DNA of 63,588 bases from Octopus sinensis (Eukaryota), in assembly GCF_006345805.1 (NCBI RefSeq), contig NW_021832012.1, positions 1 through 63,588 on the forward strand, given 5' to 3'. This document shows positions 11,127-23,225 of this stretch, in pieces. The notes under the pieces are model-generated. The model did no database searches. It saw nothing but the letters and a program-made list of their open reading frames with translations, and had not been told where the DNA came from. The stretch's first letter is position 1. Each line of letters begins with the position of its first letter. The position numbers were made by a program, and so were the translations under genes.

Positions 11127-13127
11127 TTTAGCTTCTATTTCTAGCATACCGAAAGCTGAGTAAGAAGTGTCCCTCACATATTTTGTGGAAGTCTAATGTT
11201 GTTTATGGAATCATAAACACAACGACAGCGAGCAAACAGACAAAACAGCAATACACCTCGGTTCGCTACTGTTTGGCTGGTATTTGCACGACCTTACTAT
11301 ACACCTGAATAATATCTATAATTATTATGTGTACGCTTCACCAGGTTTGTCTAATTATAAACAGAATCACGCTTTTGTACACTTTTCGCGACCTTAAATA
11401 ATAAGGAGGCGAAAGGACAGTGTCAGTCAAATAAACGCGTCTGACTGTGTGTCGTGTGTGAAATCAGGCGTGACCCAACGACTCAATAACAAAAAAAACG
11501 CTTGATATAATAGCTGAGCCTCTTAGACATCTTAACGATTCATTGATGTCCCATTCACGCTGCTAATTACATACAGGCTGCCTGTTAATTAAATTGTGAC
11601 CTTTTTTTATTATTTTTATCATTTTATATATGTATATATACATTTTTATTTTATTTTTGCAGCTTCGTCTATTTCCGCAATGTTAAACAAGGTTAACCCT
11701 CTTTAACAATAAATTTCGTCCCTATGCGGGGCCGCCCCTTTTTTCCTCGAGCTGACTTCTCAGCGAACCAAGGTTAACCATCTGGGAGTTGAGGTCTTTA
11801 CTTAATAATTTGGAAAGGCCTTTTACAAAACACTTGAAAGGTCTCTTCTTCCGGTCTCCTTTCACTTGTAACACTAACATTTATGTTCCAATTACACACT
11901 TACGTACATACCATCTGTGTGTGTGTGTGTGTGTGTATGCGTGTGTATGTGTGTGTGTGTGTAGGTGTGTTTGTGTGTGTGTGTATGAGTGTGTGTGTGT
12001 GTGCATGTGTGTGTGCGTGTGTGTGTGTATGTGTGTGTAGGTGTGTGTGTGTATGTGCGTGTGTGTGTGTATGTGTGTGTGTGTATCTCTGTGTGTGTGT
12101 GTGTCTCTGTGTGTGTGTGTGTGTGTGCGTTGATGTTAGTTTTTTATGTTCAGCTATAATGAAAACAATTTTACATTAATCTGATGGGTTACTCTGTACT
12201 TTTGTCGAGTACAAATTTAATATTCTTAAACGAGAATATTATTGAAAGTGACTTCGAAGGTTCAACCAGCTAAGTTAATGTCGGCAATCCACCGATGGTT
12301 CAACTGGCCGGGTTCCGTAATTATATTTCATTTGAAAAATTCAGATGTATGTGTGGTATGGAGGATTGTTTGCCAACATAACATGGCAGTCCTGGTTTAG
12401 GATGAATGTTGCTGTAATTTAGCCCCAGGAGACATCGTCTCCAGCTGGCTGTATGACATGATCTGTGTCCTTATATTTTCGAACAAAAGAATCTAGCAAC
12501 CGCACTCAGCTCAAAACAATATCTGGGTATCGCGATTTCCGGGTTATTTCTCTTCCCCAGCACAGAATAATTGTTCGACTTGAGGTGAATTCTTAATTAC
12601 AGGCACAAGGCCTAATTACAGAGGAGACATACAAAGACATGCGGGAACATAAAACATATGGAGAATAAATGTGAAATGAATATATTTACAATGCAAATGG
12701 GTCGGCCATCTCGCTCCCGCTGCGAGATGAAACCGTGTATTCCTTTAACACAACCTTTAGCCTCGCTCCGAGGCGAAACCGCGACTTCCCTCTTCGCTTT
12801 TGCCCTACCATTATAAACCTTTTAAATCAATGTTCATACAGACCTCACTTATTTCTTTTCCTTTTTTTTTAAACTAAAAAAAACCCAAATGTTTATCACA
12901 GAGTTCACAAAAAACTTTAGGAAACCTCTTCATTTAACAGTTTCAAATTTTACATTATTTTTCCTTCATTTTTTATCCTGCAAAGTTCAAACAATCATCT
13001 CTCTCAGTTACAGACTTTACAAAATTACAATGACTAACCACTTACTCTTTTCAAGTTGGGGTGTCCTACCTCTCTATAAGTTTTCTTTTCGTTTGTACTT
13101 TTCATGTTGTATTTTTCTGCTCCTATT

Positions 13128-13358
13128 GCGGCGAGCTGGCAGAAACGTTAGCACGCCGGGCGAAATGTGTAGCCGTATTTCGTCTGTCGTTACGTTCTGA
13201 GATCAAATTCCGCCGCGGTCGACTTTGCCTTTCATCCCTTCAGGGTCGATAAATTAAGTACCAGTTACGCACTGGGGTCGATGTAATCGACTTAATCCGT
13301 TTGTCTGTCCTTGTTTGTCCCCTCTATGTTTAGCCCCTTGTGGGCAATAAAGAAACAT
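13128..13358 (+). mobile_element. SINE S2, abutting the ORF1 remnant
   Basis: gcggcgagctggcagaaacg...gtgggcaataaagaaac. Confidence 0.9.
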
Positions 13359-14145
13359 ATTTTCCTGCTGTTTTATGGGTTCTTGTATTTCTGTCTCTAA
13401 GTCTGTGTGTTCTTGCATTTGTATGTCTGTGTATTCGTTTGACTGTAACTCTACGTATTTCGTCTGTGTGTCTGTGTCTTTAGGTTTCCGTGATTCTGGG
13501 TTGCCTTGTTTCTGGTCCGAATGACTCTGTACTTTTAATTCCTTTGCTGGTAGTTCCACTGGTAAATTTTCTCCGTTTTCATCGTGGGTTGAGTTTCTTC
13601 TTCCATTCCTTTACACTTCTTCACTTCCACTGTCATCGGTGACTTTCTTCTCTCTCGTTCCCTGGGTTTTACCTCCACCAAATTCCTGCCATATTCTGTT
13701 CCTTGCTTCTGCTCTTTTTTTTTCACCACTATATCTTCCTGTACAGTGTCTTTCACCATTACTACTGCTACTCTAGGACATTTCCTTCTCAGGTGCCCTC
13801 TTTCACCGCATCCGTAACATTTTAGGAGTCTCCCCTCCAACATTACTTCCAGTTTTTCACCGTTTGGTAATTCGACAGTTTCCTCCATTTCGTCGTAATA
13901 TTCTGGGCTTACTGTGCAAATTACTTCAATACCATATCCCCATCAATTCAATTGTTGAGTTTTGCTTACTTATGCAAATGTTCAGGTTTTCACTTCCCTT
14001 CACCAGCTCTGAATTAAATATTGCGACTATTACCCATTCTGGGTCTATCGACGGTGGGATTGTTCCCACCCTGACCCTTACGATTCTTTTGCCCAAATAG
14101 TTCGGCACCAACATCCATTTCTCTCCCAGTATCAGTCTGTATATT
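13358..14145 (-). pseudogene. Frameshifted gag-like ORF1 of a non-LTR retrotransposon (Tx1/L1-like) with a CCHC zinc knuckle
   Basis: CYGCGERGHLRRKC (CX2CX4HX4C) at 13819-13778; ORFs 14114-13926, 13888-13535 and 13559-13358 join through two frameshifts. Confidence 0.75.
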
Positions 14146-15394
14146 TGTGTATATATTTGTATATATGTGTGCGCACGGGTGAGAGAGAGATGGAAAGGGA
14201 GAGAAAGAGAGAATTATAGAAAGAGAGGGAGAGGGAGAAAATGAGAAAGAAAAGGTGATAGAGGAAGATCATGAGAGTCTTATATATTTCAGGAATGTAG
14301 TAAAAATTAAAATAATGAGAGAGAAGGGATTATCTGTGCGTGTGTGTGTATGCGTGCGTGCGTGTGTGTTTGTGTGTGTGTGCATGTGTGTGAGTGAAAA
14401 AGAAGGGTCCCCACGACAGATTGACTAAAAGCTAATTAAATTAATAAGAAAATTAATCGAGAATTAACAATGCGCTAAAACGCGGCGCAAATAATTTGGG
14501 CTGATATTTGGAGATAGCAATCTATCACTATGTGATCAATTATGTTGATTGATCTTTATAGCTCCGGTATTTCCTAACAAGGCACGGCAGCTCAGATAAG
14601 ATAAACTGTGGGACAGAACTCCAGGAGGCTGCTTCAAGCTTCTTATCTGATCCGAAAATGTCCCTTGTTTAGTCTACAATAAATGGAGAAATTAGGTGAC
14701 ACAGAAACCGAAGGGTTTATGTTTTTTGAAGAGTTGGGAATTTGTATAAAAGATTTTCAAGAATGCAATTCTTCCACAAAGACTGTCTTTATGGAACTGT
14801 TACCAATCTGTCTTTAACGAAGCAGACGTGATCAAAATTTAAAACAAAAATATATCGCCATGTTCTTTGAAAGGTTAAAAAAACAGTCAACGACCGACGT
14901 TTCTGCTCCAGTAACGCAACTGTCTCTCGTATTTCTTATGGGTGTGACCACGTGATACACTGTTACTATTTTTTTTTCTACGTTTTAATCATTAGACAGC
15001 GGCAACGCTGGAGCATCGCCTTTAAGTGTTTATTCGATCACATTGAACCCAGTGGTTATTTTATGCAAGCAAAGATGTGTGTACAGGCGTGTGTGTATGT
15101 CTGCGTGTGTGTGTGTGTGTGTCCTTAAAACTGAGCATATTAACTTACTGTTTCCAATCCCCTTTGCACATATAGACGAACATATAAATACACACACACA
15201 CACATACACACCCACACATATACACACACACATACACACACACACACACGTACACGCCCGCGCATATACGTATAAATATATATTTTATAAATACAGCAGT
15301 CAAAATATTAAGAAACGAATATTTATATAGATATTAATATTGTTATTATTATCGAAGGCAATACAAATAGTTGATAATAACAACAATAGTCTTT

Positions 15395-15853
15395 TCTACT
15401 CTAGTCACAAGGCCCGAAATTTGGGAGGAGGGGGAGGCCAATTAGATCAACCCCAGTGCGCAACTGGTATTTAATTTATTGACCCCGAAAGGATGAAAGG
15501 TAAAGTCGACCTCGGCGGAATTTGAGCTCAGAACATAAATACCTATTTCTTTACAACCCACAAGGGGCCAAACGCAGAGAAGACAAACAAGGACAGACAA
15601 ACAGATTAAGTCGATTATATCGACTCCAGTGCGTAACTGGTACTTAATTTATCGACCCCGAAAGGATGAAAGGCAAAGTCGACCTCGGCGGAATTTGAAC
15701 TCAGAGCATAAAGACAGACGAAATACCTATCTCTTTATTACCCACATGGGGCTAAACATAGAGGGGTCAAACAAGGACAGACAAAGGGATTCAGTCGATT
15801 GCGAGACTGGTACTTATTTAATCGACCCCGAAGGGATGAAAGGCAAAGTCGAC
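15395..15853 (-). mobile_element. Three tandem partial SINE S2 copies
   Basis: gaccccgaaaggatgaaaggcaaagtcgac repeated at ~15481, ~15654 and ~15825. Confidence 0.85.
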
Positions 15854-16579
15854 CTATATATATATATATATATGAATATGTATTTATTTACCTAATGACA
15901 TATATGAGTATCTATGTGTGTATGTATGTGTGTATGTGTGCGTGCGTGTGTGTGAGCGTGCGCGCAAATGTATGTATGTATATTTATTTACATTCTTATA
16001 TAACCTAAGTCATTATTTTTTGCGGATTAACTGGTGAAAGCGGAGTCATAAATGATAAACTCTCCGCAACCCCACCGCCATCCACGCCGCCACCGCCACC
16101 GCCACCACCACCACCACCCACAACCCAACAACAATAACACCCGGATTAAAATATTGCTTCAACAAAGACGGTCGTAAGTTGATATCTCTGCTAAAGTAGG
16201 AAATGCTGGTCTCGTGTTCTCTCTAGTCGCAATGAAAATGGCTTTTATATGAAGAAGAATTCCTTTGAATTTCGCTGACATTTCTCTATTATTCTAAAGA
16301 ATCTGTGGAATGGCTGCCTTAAATAAACAGTGTAGAGTAGTGTCTTTATCTGTGCCACTATATAGACTGACTGGCAAGTGTGTTCGGAAGACAGAACTAA
16401 GAACCGTTTGAAGGGTTTCGAATGAAGGGCCCAGATTAACTCGCGACGTGTCGACTTACTTACCAACAACGTTGGGTTTCTTGTATCGCCTTTGGCGCCG
16501 CTTTTCTGCGTCTCTGACCAAGATGCTACGCCCTCAACGAACCAATCCTTCAAGCTATATGTGCCATGGGACTCCACTA

Positions 16580-16637
16580 TTCTCTCTCTCTCTTTCTCTC
16601 TCTCTCTTCTCTCTATCTCTCTTTCTCTCTATCTCTT

Positions 16638-16685
<48 letters not shown>

Positions 16686-16785
16686 GGCACTCTGACGGTG
16701 GTGAGGAAGAAACTCAAATACATACATACACACACATAGACTCACACAGACGTACATATGCAGATAGACAGACAGACAGACAGAC

Positions 16786-16875
<90 letters not shown>
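16580..16875. repeat. (CT)n and (TAGA)n microsatellites
   Basis: Directly visible. Confidence 0.95.
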
Positions 16876-16876
<1 letters not shown>

Positions 16877-16897
16877 CATATGTACATACATATATAA

Positions 16898-17052
16898 ACG
16901 ACGGGCTCCTTTCAGTTTCCGTCAACAGAATCCACTCACAAGGCTTTGGTCGGCCCGAGGCTATAGTAGAAGACACTTGCCCAAGGTGCCACGCAGTAAG
17001 ACTGAACCCGGAACCATGAAGCTGCGAAGCAAGCTTCTTAGCCACACAACCA
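16898..17052 (-). mobile_element. SINE S1 (5' module)
   Basis: Reverse complement of the S1 head. Confidence 0.85.
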
Positions 17053-17480
17053 TATATCTTTTATCTTACGGACTCTTAAAATTTCTTTCACGAAACCCAA
17101 GGGTTCATTGCAACCGTGTTTGAAAAACACTACCCCAAATATACTGGCAGGGAGAAGCGGGGATAAACAGACAGACAGGGAAAGTGCCTCTTAGCTGACT
17201 GCTTGGTGCCTTGACAACTCGAAGACATTCAGTGCAAAAGTCACCTACCTTCCGATAAATTGGGGTTAAACGAGAAAATATCTTCTGACGGTTTGTTTGT
17301 TCTAGATTAAGAGATATCTCGTTGATTATGGTTGTTTATAGAGCAACAGAAACCCAGGAGAACAGACATTGCTGTCTAGTTAAGGAATCTACTCAGTAAC
17401 CACCTGGTTCAGAGTTCTCTTCTACTCTCCGACCTAACCAATGCTTCGAGACTGAATTTGTTAGACAGAAAGGTGTGCAG

Positions 17481-17895
17481 AAGGCGAGCTGGCAGAAACG
17501 TTAGCACGCCGGGCGAAATGCTTAGCGGTATTTCGTCTGCCGTTACGTTCTGAGTTCAAATTCCGCCGAGGTCGACTTTGCCTTTCATCCTTTCGGGGTC
17601 GATAAATTAAGTACCAGTTACGCACTGGGGTCGATGTAAACGACTTCATACCTATGTCTGTCCTTGTTTGTCCCCTCTGTGTTTAGCCCCTTGTGGGTAG
17701 TAAAGAAATAGGTATTTCGTCTGCCATTACGTTCTGAATTCAAATTCCGCCGAGGTCGACTTTGCCTTTCATCCTTTCGGGGTCGATTAAATAAGTACCA
17801 GTTACGCACTGGGGTCGAAATAATCGACTTAATCCGTTTGTCTGTCCTTATTTGTCCTGTCTGTGTGTAGCCCCTTGTGGGTAATAAAGAAATAA
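17481..17895 (+). mobile_element. SINE S2 followed by a tandem partial copy
   Basis: Full copy 17481-17710, then the tail continues with gtatttcgtctgcc...gtgggtaataaagaaata. Confidence 0.88.
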
Positions 17896-18347
17896 GAAAG
17901 CTGTGCAGAAGTCCATAATGATTGTGTGTGTGTGTGTGTGTGCGCGCTTTAGTGCTCGTGTTTGTCCCACCAGCACCACCAGTACTGTTTCACAAGCGGT
18001 GTTGGTTTGTTTACATTCCCGTAACTTATCAGTTCGAATGCATGAGAGACCTAATTATAACATGCAAAAAATAATTATCGGGGTGGCTTTGTTCGACTAA
18101 ACCACTTCAAGGTGGTGCCCCAGCACGGCCGCAGTCGAGAGAAAGCTAAAGTAGAATGTTTGTATGTATGTGTGCGTATGTGTGTGTGTGTGCGTGCGCG
18201 CGCGCGTGTGTATCGGTTAAAACTAAATATGGAAACAGACGCATGTGTGTTTAACCCTTTATACAATTCTACACATATATACACGCTGCTAGGCTAAGAC
18301 TCGACATGAATGTATATAACACATATTCATTCATCTATATATATATA

Positions 18348-18772
18348 TTCTTTTACTTGTTTCAGTCATTTGACTGCTGCCATGCTGGAGCACCACCTTT
18401 TTAGTCGAGCAACTCGACCCCAGGACTTATTCTTTGTAAGCCTAGTACTTATTCTATCAGTCTCTTTGGTCGAACCGCTAAGTTACGGGGACGTAAACAC
18501 ACCAGCATCGGTTGTCAAGCTATGTTGGGGAGGCGGGGACAAACACACACATACACACACACACACACACACACATACACTTACATACATATAAATATAT
18601 ATACGGCGAGCTTCTTTCAGTTTCCGTCTACCGTATCCAAATCTACTCACAAGGCTTTGGGCGGCCCGAGACTATAGTAGAAGATACTTGCCCAAGGTGT
18701 CACGCAGTAGGACTGAACCCAGAGCCATGTGCCTGGTAAGCAAACAACTTACCACACAGCCACTCCTGCGCC
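18348..18772 (-). mobile_element. SINE S1, full length
   Basis: Ends ...cagccactcctgcgcc. Confidence 0.9.
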
Positions 18773-18780
18773 TATATGTA

Positions 18781-18815
<35 letters not shown>

Positions 18816-19002
18816 GTAAATACACACACACACACACTGATTCCTGTATTGCTTATCATCTCGTTTTATATACACTTTGCACAATAACTATCAGGTACTC
18901 CAGACATGTATATAATAATATATAGTTCACATGAATTCATTGTAAAGAGGTGAGTATAATATCCGGAGGAAATCGACTGAATAATAATATTTAAAATGTG
19001 TG

Positions 19003-19043
<41 letters not shown>

Positions 19044-19257
19044 CATTCTGAATGAATACAATAGTTTATTGGGTCTGCGTACCCGTTGACTTTTGCCTGA
19101 CCCTGGGAAATATCTGGGTACGATCTGAGGGTATGCATACCTATTGCATGTATGTGTATATACAAGGTGTGCGTGTAGTGTATATGTGTATTCATACACA
19201 TACACAGACACATATGTGCGAGTGCATGTGTGTGTGCATGTGTGTGTGTGTGTGTGT

Positions 19258-19295
<38 letters not shown>

Positions 19296-19439
19296 GAATG
19301 TATGCATAATATTTATATATCATACATGAGCGAGCGGAGAACATCAGGCGTTAGAGATTGCGTGCATTTGCGGGTATACGAATGCATACATACATTATAT
19401 ACATATATATATTTATATATATATATATATATATATTAT

Positions 19440-19502
<63 letters not shown>

Positions 19503-19814
19503 GTAGACACCTGTATATCTTTGTTTCTTATCTATATTCTGTTCACCTAACTGGGAAACTGCACTTTGGAAATACTAAAAAAAGTACCTTTATAAAATGT
19601 AGATGTCTGAATTACCAAGAGTGGATATCTTCACTTAGCCTTGTTGCATTGTCTGCACACACGACTGGGATATCAAGTACAAACACACCCTACACGGTGT
19701 CTTGATAATCAATATTCAAATAACATTGCTAGGGTGTGCGGACTATACCGAACTAGCAAGCTGCTTAAATTTAAGTACCGAATTCAACTGAATCTTAATT
19801 ATATATATTCTAGC

Positions 19815-19862
19815 AAAAACTGTCTGATGAACGGCAACGAGAAACTCAGAGTAACAGATTTT
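19815..19862 (+). ncRNA. Minimal type-I hammerhead motif in Penelope-like terminal repeat (family D)
   Basis: AAAACTGT/ACAGATTT stem I; CTGATGA 19824-30; ACG-GCAA-CGA stem II; GAAA 19841-44; ACTC-A-GAGT stem III; GUA 19851-53. Downstream sequence to ~19960 recurs inverted at 43085-43210. Confidence 0.75.
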
Positions 19863-19962
19863 GTTGAATTTTCTGCTGCTTAAAATAAAGCATATTACTC
19901 TACACTGGTATTTGAGTACTCTTTTTTCCACCTTTTTTCACATTTATGTGTTTACACTCCCG

Positions 19963-20039
<77 letters not shown>

Positions 20040-20230
20040 CGGGAAGCTTTATGAAAATAGACAAAAGACGAAGGCAGGTGGAAAACAAACAAACAATTGT
20101 ATTAGTATGGCGCTCAGGAAATATAAATAAAACAAGTCTTTAACCTTTCGAGCCTACGCTCTTCAACAGAAAGATACCCAGAAAAGAAACACGGAGAGAA
20201 ACAAGGAGAGAAAAAAAATGCGTGCAGTAT
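20040..20230 (-). mobile_element. Penelope-like terminal repeat family B with variant hammerhead (20137-20174)
   Basis: Minus strand TCTTT CTGTTGA A GAGC-GTAG-GCTC GAAA GGT T AAAGA; same family on plus strand at 55520-55810. Confidence 0.65.
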
Positions 20231-20259
20231 ATATAGGTCCTTTCAATATGTGACATCGT

Positions 20260-20459
20260 GAGTGCCGTTGGCGATTTTTTTTCCTCTGTCTTCCCTTCTC
20301 GGGATCTTTCCTTCTCCTATGTTTCCGACGAAGAGCTCCGCTCGAAACGTTAAACCCTCCTTCTTTCCTTCTTTCCTGAGCGTCCAATAATACTTTATTT
20401 GTTCCACGTCCTCGCGTTGTTGTGTTTTTTGGGGGTTTTTTTGTGTTTTCTTTGGATTA

Positions 20460-20465
<6 letters not shown>
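20260..20465 (+). mobile_element. Penelope-like terminal repeat family A with variant hammerhead (20321-20355)
   Basis: GTTT CCGACGA A GAGC-TCC-GCTC GAAA CGT T AAAC; related motif at 55145-55178. Confidence 0.65.
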
Positions 20466-20503
<38 letters not shown>

Positions 20504-21256
20504 TATTATATATATATATATATATAATATTGGAAGGTTTTGAGATAATGTTCAGGTATTTTATATTAGAAGAAATGAGGTACTCAGAAATTCGGATAGT
20601 TTTATATTTACTGATATTTATTTGTATATTACATGTTTTTATACATCATATAACTTATATCATGTATTAGCGCTTTCTCCCATTCTAGGGGGGTTTTCAA
20701 ATCGAACTAAGTTCCTGTGTAAAAAGTTTTGGCCATTTTATAGTGTTATTGAGTATATATATATATAAGCATACTTTGGCTTAAGTTGTTTCGATTATAC
20801 GTCGTTTTTCAAAAATAATATATGGAAAAATAAAAAAGTTGGCATTTTACTCGACTTTCCGTCTGTTCACCGCAAATATTGGAATCGTAAAATGACTATA
20901 AAACTGTTAAAAGTGCATAAAATGTTACTGTACAATAAATAAGAATAAAGGCATATAAAACCATAGTGTAATACGTACAGTAAATGTTAAGATACACACC
21001 ATAAAGTAGTGTGTCTTAGTGAACGAAAACATGAAATCACGGAATCACCAAATTGTAGGTACGTATTGGTAAATTTAAAACAATTTAGTCTTTTTTACTA
21101 TAGCAAAATAATAATAATTACTGAATTTGTTTTTTAACCTTAAAAAAGGCTTTTATTTTACCATGTCTTATTGCAAAACGCATTCGTAAATAAAGTGTCC
21201 GCGATGTACGGTAAACACCGCGAAATTGTATTCGTAAATTTAGATTACTTTTTTTT

Positions 21257-21666
21257 TTACTCTTTTACTTGTTTCAGTCATTTGACTGCGGCCATGCTGG
21301 AGCACCGCCTTTTTTAATCGAGCAACTCGACCCCGGGACTTATTCTTTTGTAAGACCAGTACTTATTCTATCGGTCTCTTTTGCCGAACCGCTAAGTAAC
21401 GGGGACGTAAACACACCAGCATCGGTTGTCAAGCAATGCTAGGGGGACAAACACAGACACACATACATACACACACACACATATACATATATATACATAT
21501 ATACGACGGGCTTCTTTCAGTTTCCGTCTACCAAATCCACTCACAAAGCATTGGTCGGCCCGGGGCTATAGCAGAAGACACTTGCCCAAGGTGCCACGCA
21601 GTGGGACTGAACCCGGAACCATGTGGCTGGTTAGCAAGCTACTTACCACACAGCCACTCCTGCGCC
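21257..21666 (-). mobile_element. SINE S1, full length
   Basis: Reverse complement of S1. Confidence 0.92.
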
Positions 21667-21889
21667 TATTATTAAAAAGTAAAAATTATTTGTTTGTAAG
21701 CTTAAAATAGTTTTTTATTAACCATATATTATTGAAAATGCATTCATAAATAAAGTACAAAACTGGGAATGGTTATCAACAGTTTAGCCTGGAGGCAATC
21801 AAATTCGTCCTAGCCTAGCCTAGAGACAAATTAATTCGACTGAAGTCGTGTCTCGTGGAACTAATTAACGACGTAGTGTGACGTATGCC

Positions 21890-21945
<56 letters not shown>

Positions 21946-22212
21946 GTATGTATATATAATCTTCCGTCCTCCCACCTCTCAATCTCTTTTTTTTTCCCTT
22001 TGAACTTCCGTAGGTCATCCTTTCCATTAGTGTTACTGCTACACGTCTTAATTAGGGCTCACCGCCGTAGGGCCTTTCTTTTCTATCTCTATTCATATCT
22101 GTACCAACTATTTGCATCGTTTGTTTGTTTCTCGCCCCTGTCATTTTATGTTCGCTCATTTCTTTTCCCACGGGGTTTTTGCTCTTGGCGCCAATAAACA
22201 ATATTATCCTTT

Positions 22213-22428
22213 TATACTCTAGGCACAGGGCCCGAAATTTTGTGGGAGGGGGGGGGGGCCAGTCGATTGGATCGACCCAATACGCAACTGGTACTTTAAT
22301 TTATCGACCCCGAAAGGGTCAAAGGCACAGTCGACCACGGCGGAATTTGAACTCGGAATGTAAAGACAGACGAAATAACGCTAAACATTTCGCCCGGCGT
22401 GCTAACGTTTCTGCCAGCTTGCCGCCTT
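22213..22428 (-). mobile_element. SINE S2
   Basis: Reverse complement of S2. Confidence 0.85.
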
Positions 22429-22593
22429 TGAAAAATATTATCGTTAAAGGCGTGAAATTGTTATGATTTTTGGATGATGAGGGAAGAGTTTGTCCACGTC
22501 TTGAGTGTAAATATTTCATGTGTTCCTTTGACGTCCTTCCCTGCAGTTTTTTTAAATATCCCCTCCTCTCTCTCTCACCACAGAAATACACAT

Positions 22594-22630
<37 letters not shown>

Positions 22631-22664
22631 CTATATATATATATATAATGTATAGATAGTTAGT

Positions 22665-22710
<46 letters not shown>

Positions 22711-23092
22711 AAGTGGTGTACAGTTATAGTATTTTGGATAATTCTTTATTAGCGCTTTCGTTCGTTTAACCGAACTCTTCAAGAGAAAAAACGAAAACCA
22801 AAACGATAAACACAACGTTTCCTTGTTCTTTTATGTGAAATCGGATGTTTGATATAAATATATGTATCAAATGTTTACCAAAAAGATTCCTTAAGTTTTT
22901 TTTTTCCATTCAAGCCTGTTTATGTTGCTTCTAATTTGCAAACATAATCTCATGTGTGTGTGTGCAGGAACGGACCAGAATTTTACCATAGGTATTTAAA
23001 TTTATAAATTTCAATAATTACCATCGAAGCTTGTGACATGGGTGAAGATGAACTTAACCCTACATTAATTATTTTTGTCTGTCTGTTTATGA

Positions 23093-23093
<1 letters not shown>

Positions 23094-23154
<61 letters not shown>

Positions 23155-23155
23155 C

Positions 23156-23225
<70 letters not shown>
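23094..23225. repeat. (CTAT)n microsatellite
   Basis: Directly visible. Confidence 0.97.

Noticed and set aside
16245-16577. 110-aa minus-strand ORF in unique DNA
   Set aside because: GTG start, no recognisable homology, no clear splice boundaries
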